This document shows, piece by piece, positions 34,005 to 42,899 of a stretch of DNA of 42,899 nucleotides (positions are counted from its first letter, which is position 1; each line of letters begins with the position of its first letter). The stretch is from assembly GCF_004010195.1 (NCBI RefSeq), contig NC_057751.1:2641286-2684184 (forward strand). Reading direction: 5' to 3'. Made by a program: the position numbers and the translations under genes. This DNA is from Chiloscyllium plagiosum. Taxonomy: Eukaryota. A model generated the notes under the pieces. That model was not told the DNA's origin. It made no database searches and saw nothing but the letters and a program-made list of their open reading frames with translations.

Positions 34005-34545
34005 TTGAATGAAATGTGCAGCACACAAATAGGCGATTTGCTCCAGTGGGTGATCACTATTGATTATATTCCATGCAAGCCATATCGCAGTTGATCGATA
34101 TTTGATTCATTTGTCATCCCTTTTCATCCAGTTTCAGATTAAATGCATTGACATTATTCTCTTCAATCATTTCCTGTTCCACAGTGATTCTCGCTGCCCT
34201 TGTGTTGAAGAATTTTCTCCGAAAATGCTTTTTTTTGGAAAATTTGTGAATGTCTGTTACTCATGGACTGTATTTTGCTCTCACCAGTATATGAGAAATG
34301 TTCCTTAATGTTTACCCAGTTAAACGTCTTCAAAATTTTAAAGGCCTCTGTAAAGTCACCTCTCAATGTTTTTTTGGAAGAGGAGATCCCAAGATATTTC
34401 AGTCTGTCTTGATAGGCTCTGATCCCTAAATTCCGAAAATGTCCTTGTAAATCGTGTTTTCATCTTCACCAATACTTCTAAAATCTTGTAATAATATGGA
34501 AATTGGACCTGTGTACAGTGACTCTCAGTGTGGGCACACTAAGGT
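34005..34545 (-). mobile_element. Old CR1 3' region
   Basis: LRGDFTEAFKILKTFNWVN on the minus strand. Confidence 0.7.
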
Positions 34546-34642
34546 TACAGCCACTTCTAACAGACATGAATATCCAGGGTGAAAAAACTAACATAGGGCA
34601 AGAGGATTGGCCGCAAGCAAACTGACTTTGGAGACTGAGAGA

Positions 34643-34720
34643 GTACACCTCCATCCAAGGCCCCAAAGGGTCTTTTCACATCTGGCAGATATTTCCCTGC
34701 ACATCCACCCACCTCATCTA
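34643..34720 (+). mobile_element. Small Penelope-like coding fragment
   Basis: YTSIQGPKGSFHIWQIFPCTSTHLI, the PLE linker immediately preceding GIY-YIG (I.GPK.SF.I...FTC.S..IIY). Confidence 0.65.
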
Positions 34721-34859
34721 ATTTCCAAGGCTGAGAGATTAGTACCGGGCGGAAGACAGAGTGTAATATCCTTATTTTTGTGGTTGAAGAATAGAGAGAG
34801 GCAGATTGAGAGAGAGCAACCTGCTTTGGTGAGCAGTGGGTGAAGTTAAGTAATTTGTT

Positions 34860-36760
34860 CCTAGTTTCTTGTTTGTTGTTGGTAAGGATCACAATTGCAG
34901 GAGAACGCTGCACGATGATATGCAATATGTGGGAAATCAAGGACACACCCACTATCCATGGTGGCCATGGACACAGAAAGTACGTTCAGCTGCAGCTCCT
35001 TATTGACCGCATGGAGCAGCTTGAGCTTCAGATGGACTCACGATAGAGCATTGATAATGCTGTGGACACCATAAATAGCACATTGAGCGAGCTGGACACA
35101 TCAAAAGGAAGGGCTCCACAGATAGAAAAGCATTGAGTGGTCACGGGAAGACTAGGAAGCCTGGGTAGGCTATGCAAGATTCCTCTCTTGCCATTCCTCT
35201 GTCCAACAGATATACCATGTTGGATACTGTAGTGGGGGATGGCATCTCAGGTGAAAGCAGCAGCAGCGAAGTTTGTGGCACCATGGTTGGATCTGTTGCA
35301 CAGGAGGGGAGGAAAAAAAACTGGAAAAGCCTGAGTGATAGGGGACTCAGTTTAAGAGGAAATGAAAGGTGCTTCTGTGGCTGCAGATAAGATTCTCGAA
35401 TGGTACGTTGCCTCCCTAGTGGCAGAGTCAGGGATGTCTCAGAAATTACTGCAGAACATTCTGAAGAGGGAGAGTGAACAGCCAGTAGAAGTGGTGCATG
35501 TCAGTACTAACCACAACATGGGTGAAAAAACAAATAGCGTCCTGCAACCAGAATTTTAAAGAGTTAGGTTGTAGATTAAAACGGAAGCCCACTCTGGTTG
35601 GATGGCACGGTGGCTCAGTGGTTAGCACTGCTGCCTCACAGCGCCAGACACCTGGGTTCAATTCCCGCCTCAGGTGACTGTCTGTGTGGAGTTTGCACAT
35701 TCTACCCGTGTCTGCATGGGTTTCCTCCGGGTGCTCCGGTTTCCTCCCACATTCCAAAAATGTGCAGGTTAGGTGAATTAGCCATGCTAAATTGCCCGTG
35801 GTATTAGGTGAAGGGGTAAATGTAGGGGAATGGGATTGGGTGGGTTGCACTTCGGCGGGTCAGTGTGGACTTGTTGGGCCGAAGGGCCGGTTTCCACACT
35901 GTAAGTAATCTAATCTGAAACCACTAGGTTTCTGAAGAAAGGTCACTGCACCCAAAACATTAACTCTCCAGATTTTCCAGCATTTTCTTTTTACTCCTGA
36001 AGTTGTAATCTCTGGATTACTTTCAGTGCCATGTGCTAAGTGTAGGAATAGGAAGATAGGTCAGATGAACACATGGTGTAGGAAGGAGAGCTTTGGAGTT
36101 TTGGATCATTGGAACATCTTCCACCTGAATCTGAATGGATCCAAGATCATTGGAAGGTTTGCTCATCCTGTCAGGCATGTTTTTAACTGATATGTCAGGG
36201 GAATGGGGCACAGATTAGATGTAAAGTTGAAAGCAAGGTCCAATCCCATAAATAAGGAATGTGAGGACAGTCCAGTAAGCAGAAAAGGGATGAACAGGAT
36301 AAAGTACACGGGAGGTCTGGAAATCTCAATTTTATCTATTCTAATGCAAAGAGCCTTACTGGAAAGGCAAATAAACTTAGCGCATTCATCAGCATGTGGG
36401 AATATGACATCAGTGAGACGTGGCTGAAGGGAGGATCAGAGTGGCAGCTCAATATTCCAGAGTCTGGAAGCTTTTGGTATGATGGGGTATCGTGGGGCAA
36501 GGCAGAGGGTAGGGGAGTAGCTGGAGGCATTGCATTGTATATGGGAAGTAATGAGGAAGGACTTCCTACAAAGTTCTTCAAGTAAGGCCATCTGGGTCGA
36601 GCTCAGAAATTAAAAAAGGGGGCTAGGATTATACTACAGGCCTCCCAACAGTCAAAGGGAGATGGAGGAGCAGTTATGCAGGCAAATCACAGAAGGCTAT
36701 GAAAAAAAAACTTATAGTTGGTTGGGAATTCAACTTTGCTGATCCCATTGGACTGGGGAT
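34860..36760 (+). mobile_element. 5' portion of an old CR1: ORF1 (Zn finger/coiled coil, SGNH esterase) and start of ORF2 APE endonuclease
   Basis: ICNMWEIKD..KYVQLQLLIDRMEQLELQMD, PLSNRY, VIGDS, VVHVSTN, VVISGLL, ISETWL, IWVELRN, YYRPPNS. Confidence 0.85.
35597..35916 (+). mobile_element. Full-length HE1-type tRNA-derived V-SINE
   Basis: Pol III A box tggctcagtgg, B box ggttcaattcc, V-domain gggtttcctccgggtgctccggtttcctcccaca, HER1-like 3' tail and taatctaatct end. Confidence 0.92.
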
Positions 36761-37552
36761 CGTGAGACCAGGAAACTTTCCATCATGCCAGGTTTGTGAG
36801 ACTGGGACAATGGACTTTTACCATCAGGCTGGGGTTTGTGGGTCAGTATTATGGAAACTGAGATGGAGATCCAAGTACCAGCCATCGCCCAAGAGTCTCT
36901 GACAGGCAAAAGAAAGTGAGGCTTGCTTATTGAAGTGAATAGACGACTCATTCATTTTCACATGCTGAAATAAGATTAAGCGAATATATTTTTTCATATC
37001 AAAGTGCAAGTGCCTTCTTAAATTCATTTTAATCAGACCTTAAAGAAACATTCGGTACTTGCAGCTAATGAATACACTGATTTATGGAATGCATCCTGAT
37101 TAAGATGACCAGTTTTAGAAACATTTCTGAAATCTTTTGTGAATGAGGAAGAAATAAGTTGATATCAGCATGCTTTCTTCTCATCATTTTACCTTCTTTC
37201 TCTTGAGATATTCGATAAATCAGATTGTCACTTTGAAGATGACAAGTTTATTCAGCTCAATTTGTCAATCAAAGATCACTGCTAATTTTTTACATCAATC
37301 TGTAATTACCATGAAGTCATTAACCAGCAAAGTGGTGAATAACAGAAGATAAAAAAAAGATTTCAAATGACGGATGAACAGCAAGGCACCAATCTTGAAG
37401 ATGCAGAAAGTGACTGTCAACCAAAGTTTAGAACTTCAACAAAGAAATTTAAACCTGAGCTTCACACAGTCTCTCAATCCCTTTTGATCAGAACAACTTA
37501 TCTTGATATAGCACCTTTAAGGTCATAAACTGAAAAAGAACTGTCAAAGAGT

Positions 37553-37802
37553 GTTCAATAAAAACTGAAAGAACTGCAGATGCTGTAAATGAGAAACGAA
37601 AACAGAAGTTCCTGGAAAAGCTCAGCAGGTCTGGCAACATCTGTGAAGAGGAATCAAAGGAAATGTTTTAGGTCCGGTCATCCTTCCTCAGAGCTGATCT
37701 TGCAGATCTGAAGAAGGGTCACCAGACTCAAAACGTTTAATTTGATTTTTCTTCACAGGTACTGACAGAATTGCTGAGCTTTTCCAGCAACTTCTGTTTT
37801 TG
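37553..37802. mobile_element. Fold-back PLE derivative, family B
   Basis: Inverted arms ~37598-37692 and ~37706-37802. TSD tgtcaaaga (37542-37550, 37803-37811). Hammerhead remnant CTGAAGA-A-GGGTC-ACCA-GACTC-AAAAC at 37708-37734. Confidence 0.85.
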
Positions 37803-38469
37803 TGTCAAAGAACGCTGCTGGATATTTTAAGTCCAGACTGAAGTGTTGAGTCCTTGTACAACATCTTATCATCTGAGTGTGAACTATATCCTGAATATTA
37901 CGATATTAAAGGTCCTATAAGATGGGACCTAAATTACTTGTGGTATTGCTCTGACAGAATGATCCAATTTGTCCTGCTTTCATCTCTTTTCTCATAATCC
38001 TGCAAAATCTTTCCTTATGGAATTAAGATCCATTTTCCTTTCACAAGTTAGTTTTGAATCTGCTTTTGGCAGTACATTCTACATAAAGATATTCTCATCT
38101 CCCCTCTGGTGCTTTTGCCATTAATCTGAAATCTTTCTGGTACTTTTGCCAATTGCATGTTTCAGTGACGAACCCTCCCACCATTAGAAACAGTTTCTCA
38201 TTATTTTGTCATTGAAATTATCCATCATTCTGAGCATCTTGATTGAATATCTTCTTAACCATCTCTGCTTTGAGAAGAATACCTCAGGCTTCTGACATCA
38301 CTGTTCAGAATTATGGAGACTAGTTAGAAGAAACCAAATTTCTTGAAACCAGAGAAGAGACAATTCTGGGGAGCTTTAACAGAATTGCCCAAGATGATGA
38401 AAGTCAGTCCAAATGGCACAAGTTTGTACAATGCACTGAGGATGGAGAGACATGAACATTTGACACAGG

Positions 38470-38690
38470 AACAGAAGAAGTACAATCTGAAGCTGGCCTT
38501 TGACTCTTTGCCCATTCAAACTATTCAGTTGCTGGGTCAAAATCCTGGAATTCGCTTCTGTAGGCCAACCTATAATGTGTGGACTACAGCCATTTAATAA
38601 GGCACCGCCACCCTCTCAAGGGTTACTAGAAACGGGCAATAGATGCTGTCTGGCCAGTGATGCCCACGTCCCGTGAGTGAATATAAAAAA
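38470..38690 (+). mobile_element. 3' terminus of the old LINE family
   Basis: gttgctgggtcaaaatcctggaattc..ctcaaggg..gggcaatagatgctg..gatgcccacgtcccgtgagtgaata+A tail. Confidence 0.7.
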
Positions 38691-38691
38691 A

Positions 38692-39220
38692 TGTGTATCT
38701 GGATTTCCAGAAGGCACTTGACAAGGTGCCACACAAAAGGCTGCTGCGTAAGATAAATATGCACGGTGCTACAGGTAGTGTATTAGCATGGATAGAACAT
38801 GAGTTAACAAACCGAAAACAAAGAGTGAGAATAAATGGGTGTTTTTCAGGATGCTGATCAGTGGTTTATGGTGTGGCTCAGGAATCCATAGTGGGACTGC
38901 ATTTGTTTACAATTTACATCTATGATTTGGAGTTGGGGCCCACATGTCAAATTTCACTGATAAAACTAAGATGAATGGGAGAGCAACGTGTGCCAAAGAC
39001 ACTGAGAGTCTCCAGAGGGATATGGAGAGGTTAAGTGAGTGGGCAAGGGTCTGGAAGATGGAGTCCAATGTTAGCAAATGTGAGGTCATCCATTTTGGGA
39101 GGAATAACAGCAAAATTGATTATTATTTAAATGGTCAAAAATTGCAGCATGCTGCTATGCAGAGATACCTGGGTGTGCATGAAACACAAAAAGTTGGTTT
39201 GCAGGTGCAGCAGGTAATTC
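38692..39220 (+). mobile_element. CR1 RT core fragment
   Basis: VYLDFQKALDKVPHKRLLRK; NFTDKTKM; WKMESNVSKCEVIHFG. Confidence 0.88.
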
Positions 39221-39244
39221 TGAGCGAGTTTATCTCAGAATCCA

Positions 39245-39438
39245 GGAAGAGAGTGATGACTCCAAGTGCTGGAGATCAGAGTCGAGAGTGTGGTGCTGGA
39301 AAAGCACAGCAGGTGGATCGACATTTCAGGCAAGAGCCCTTCATCAGGAATGGGCCTCATTCGTGATGAACGGTTCTGCCTGAAGCACAATTCTCCTACT
39401 CCTCTGATGCTGCCTCACCAGCACCACACTCTCGACTT
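39245..39438. mobile_element. Fold-back PLE derivative, family A-related
   Basis: Perfect 10-bp TSD tcagaatcca (39235-39244, 39439-39448). agtcgagagtgtggtgctgg is inverted against ccagcaccacactctcgact. Confidence 0.85.
39317..39351 (-). ncRNA. Minimal hammerhead ribozyme motif
   Basis: Minus strand ATTC-CTGATGA-A-GGGC-TCTT-GCCT-GAAA-TGTC-GAT. Confidence 0.7.
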
Positions 39439-39448
39439 TCAGAATCCA

Positions 39449-40300
39449 TCTTACCTTTCTTTATAGGCTTTTTCGTGGCTTTCTGACCTTTAAAGATTTC
39501 TGAATCCTCTAGTTTCCTTGAATCTTTGCTACTTTGTAAGTATTCGGTTTCAATTTGACACCCTCTATTTCCTGAAGTATTCCTCGCTGATTATTCCTTC
39601 TCCTACAGTCCTTCCTTTTCACTGCTATGTACTTTTGCTGAGCACTGTGAAAATCGCCTTGAAAGTCCTCCACTGTTCCTCAATTGTCTCACCATATAGT
39701 CTTTGCTCCTGGTCTACTTGAGCTAACTCCTCCCTCATCCCATTGGAGCCACCTTTGTTTAAGCACAAGACACTGGTATTGAATTTTACCTTCTCACCTT
39801 CCAGCTATATTTTGAATTTAACCATAAAGTGATCGCTCTTTCTGAGAGGATCCCTAACTATGAGGTCATCAATTGTTCCTGTCTCCTTTACACAGGACCA
39901 GATCTAGGATAGCTTGCTCCCTCATCGGTTCCATTAAACACTGTTTGAGGAAACTATTGCAGACTCATTCTATGAACTCCTCAAGGTTGGCTTGAGCAAT
40001 TTGGATTGACTATTCAAAATATAAATTAAACTTCCCTATGATAATTGCCATACCATTTCTGCATTCATGACTTATTTCTTTGTTTATTGCCAGCCCCATT
40101 CTGATATTGTTATTGGGTGGTCTATAGACTATGCCTATTTGTGACTTTTTCCTCTTACTGTTTCTAATTTCCACTCATTTTGATTCAACCTTTTGCTTCA
40201 CAGAATCTATGCCGTTTCTCACAACCACCCTAATGCCATCCTTAAGTGTCAGAGCGACATCACTTCCCTTTCCTTCCTCTCTGTCTTTTCAAATAGTCTG
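39449..40300 (-). mobile_element. CR1 ORF2 APE endonuclease fragment
   Basis: Minus translation YRPPNNN, IIIGKFN, EPMREQAILDLVL, SESDHFMVKF. Confidence 0.8.
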
Positions 40301-41289
40301 AGCTTCTAAACATTTCATCACAAGGGAGATTGATTGGTATCTTTGTTGAAGTAATCAGCAAACAATCCCTTTAACTCACTGTACATCAATCTTGGGCAAG
40401 TCTGTAACGTACATGTCAACTAAGACTATTTCCACATGGTAAAAAAGCCCCAACTCTGTGGCCACAGTGTCTCAACAAAGGAAAGCCAGGCCTGCTAACC
40501 CACTGAATCAATTGGATTAACAATGTGCATTTTCAAGCAGAATGGTTAGCATTGATACATTAGAAGTGTATTGATTGCTAATTGCAGTCAAAGAGTTTCT
40601 CTCCCGTGAGAAGTGGTGTTATTGATCTGTTCAGAAACAGTGATGAGCCCAAACTGACACCCAGCTTTTAACAAGCATAGTGGTGCAATCAATTGTGAGA
40701 AAGTGGTCTGGCTGGAAAAAAAATTGCAGTTTACCTGATTTACGAGAACAGTTAATAAGGAAGCTAATTTCTGCCTCCATTGAAAATATATCTGTCTCTG
40801 ACAGTCAATGCAATTTTGCTCACAATATGTCATTTCTTTTCTGTTTCAGAAGGATGGAATTGTGCTCTAATAAGTGGATCAAATTTGTGAGGAACAGCTC
40901 GATCAGTGATCTTGACTGGGATAAAACATGCCAGACAGGTTGGGGTAGGTGGTCTATAGTTAGTCGAGTACAGAGAACGTGTTGGTGAAAATTATTCAGA
41001 GATCTGCTTATTTGTTCCCAGTAACCCTCTCATCCTGTGTAGGTGCAATTTAGGAGACTTCACAGTTAGTCTTGGAGTGAAATAAATTGCTATGATGCAT
41101 TGTCAAGCCCCACGAATGAATAATGACTGCTTGGTTAACAGTGGAAGTGAGCAACTGAAGTATGATGAAATAAAGAGGAGAGAATGACATGTAAAAATAT
41201 TACAATGTTTTTTTAAGGGAAAGATGATCTCATTCATTATCTGTGATGTTTGGTCACATGAGTTCCGAGACAAAACTGCTCCAAGTTCT

Positions 41290-41535
41290 CATCAGATAGT
41301 TGCTGAACAGTGACAATCTTGCACCAACATTCCATACCTAGAGATAAATAACTTCGCCATCAGCATCAGGAAGTCAGATGTCATCAACCAGGATGCTATG
41401 TGTCAACAGTAACAGTAACCCAGGAAATTGTTGAGCATTTCACATATCTGTGTTCCACGACCACTAGTCGTCTATCACTTCCAATGCTGGAAACAGCATA
41501 CACACAGCAGAAGCTGCAACTGCTAATGCCCAAGC
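41290..41535 (+). mobile_element. RTE-clade LINE RT fragment
   Basis: ISIRKSDVINQD..EIVEHFTYLCSTTTSRLSL resembles RTE ISIKKT.VM..EVV..FTYLGS.I.S..SLD. Confidence 0.65.
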
Positions 41536-41592
41536 TTGAAACAACTCTACAGAAGCCAGTATCTTGTCATCAAGTCACCCTTTATTTACAAA

Positions 41593-41983
41593 GTTAAAAA
41601 TCACACAACACCAGGTTATAGTCCAATAGGTTTATTTGGAAGCACTAGCTTTCGGAGAACTGTTCCTTCATCAGATGATTGTGGAGGTTAAGATCATGTT
41701 CACAGAATTTATAGCCAAAGGAGTCCATTGTCATGAAGATGTGATACAGTAAACAATCTTAGATTAAACTTTCATCTTTTATTCTGGGATGTGCTGGTTT
41801 CTGTTCTTCGATATGTAAATCCCAGAACTTCTTTTAAATTACATTCTCTGGATAGCTCAGGTCTTTAAACTATAGGTGTAAAGTCTGTCTGTGTCCCAAT
41901 ACTGTCTCAGACTGACAAACCTTCTGTATAGTTTTACAGAGTTATACGTGGATTCATGCAGTTTTTGAGCAAAATAAAATGTA
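41593..41983 (-). mobile_element. Family C PLE 3' region, inserted into an LTR-like sequence
   Basis: Collinear with 31560-32045. 9-bp TSD atttacaaa (41584-41592, 41984-41992). Minus-strand hammerhead CTGATGA-A-GGA-ACAGTTC-TCC-GAAA-GCTA at 41646-41674. Confidence 0.82.
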
Positions 41984-42219
41984 ATTTACAAATGAACAGT
42001 CCTTTATTCAGTCATTCAGTCAGGCACCAGAGACTCGGTTTCCCTGCAACTCACTGGATTACAGCCTTAGCTGGGAATTAGAATCATTCTAGAACTTCAG
42101 TACTTGATTTAATATAGAACGGCAGTATGGAATTGGATGATCAGTGCATTGTCTTGTGAATGAGACATTGTACCAAGGTCCAGTTTACCCACTCAAGTGA
42201 CAAGTTCCACAGACCATTT

Positions 42220-42552
42220 GTAGCATCAGAGAGTCATTCAGCATGAAAATAGACCTTCTGTCCAACTCGTCTATGCCGGTCAAGTTTCCCAGACTAAACT
42301 AGTTCCATTCGCCTAAATTTGGCACATATCCATCATATACCTGTACCTTTCCAGACACATGAACGGGAGGTGAACAGCAGGATAGAAACTGTGTATGGGC
42401 AATAAGTAGTGGGTCAAAATCAGGATGAGGAATCAACGGAGGCTTGGTGGGCCGAAGGGCCTGTTTCTATGCTGTATTAAATGTGGTAATTGTACCTGCA
42501 TCTACCACTTCCTCTGGCAGTTCATTCCACATATGAACCACCTCGTGTTAAA
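42220..42552. mobile_element. Nested CR1 3' fragments (minus copy interrupted by a plus copy at ~42346-42478)
   Basis: gtccaactcgtctatgcc and taccacttcctctggcagttcattcca (minus HER1) flank gggccgaagggcctgtttctatgctgta (plus). Confidence 0.7.
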
Positions 42553-42554
42553 GG

Positions 42555-42899
42555 TTGAGATGAAGAGGAATTTCTTAAGTGCGTACAAGACAATTTTCTG
42601 ATTCAGTATGTGGATGTACCTACTAGAGAAGGTGCAAAACTTGACCTACTCTTGGGAAATAAGGCAGGGCAGGTGACTGAGGTGTCAGTGGGGGAGCACT
42701 TTGGGGCCAGTGACCATAATTCTATTCGTTTTAAAATAGTGATGGAAAAGGATAGACCAGATCTAAACGTTGAAGTTCTAAATTGGAGAAAGGCTAATTT
42801 TGACAGTATTAGGCAAGAACTTTGAAAAGCTGATTGGAGGCAGATGTTCGCAGGTAAAGGGATGGCTGGAAAATGGCAAGACTTCAGAAATGAGATAAC
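42555..42899 (+). mobile_element. HER1/CR1 ORF2 APE endonuclease C-terminus (continues beyond window)
   Basis: QYVDVPTREGAKLDLLLGN..GASDHNSIRF..LNWRKANF. Confidence 0.92.

Noticed and set aside
35601..35675. tRNA-like sequence with A and B boxes
   Set aside because: It is the head of the HE1-type SINE, continuous with the V-domain and LINE-like tail, not a tRNA gene.
40640..40738. Possible C/D-box snoRNA (GTGATGA ... CTGA)
   Set aside because: Terminal stem is negligible and I recognise no rRNA-complementary guide; the boxes alone occur by chance.

Overview
Eukaryotic, repeat-dominated genomic DNA, most likely from a shark or other cartilaginous fish (inferred from an HE1-type tRNA-derived V-SINE, HER1/CR1 LINEs and a SacSINE1/AmnSINE1-like Deu-domain SINE). 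I recognise no host protein-coding exon, so the window reads as intergenic or deep intronic. It is a layered mosaic of CR1-clade LINE fragments of several ages, a Rex1/Babar LINE, an RTE fragment, solo LTRs with clean TSDs, a decayed Harbinger-type Myb/SANT gene and many Penelope-like element (PLE) derivatives. Main signals: (1) at least four families of short, mostly fold-back, non-autonomous PLE derivatives carrying minimal hammerhead-ribozyme cores (CUGAnGA-N-stem II-GAAA) and flanked by 9-14 bp TSDs; (2) a CR1 copy whose 5' ~180 bp shows clustered A-to-G hypermutation, consistent with ADAR editing fixed by retrotransposition; (3) PLE insertions recurring near one motif of an older LINE; (4) unique islands with PBX-HOX/MEIS motif clusters. 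There are two assembly gaps (28409-28569, 32109-32129). Family names come from motif recognition by eye, not database searches, and boundaries of old repeats are approximate.
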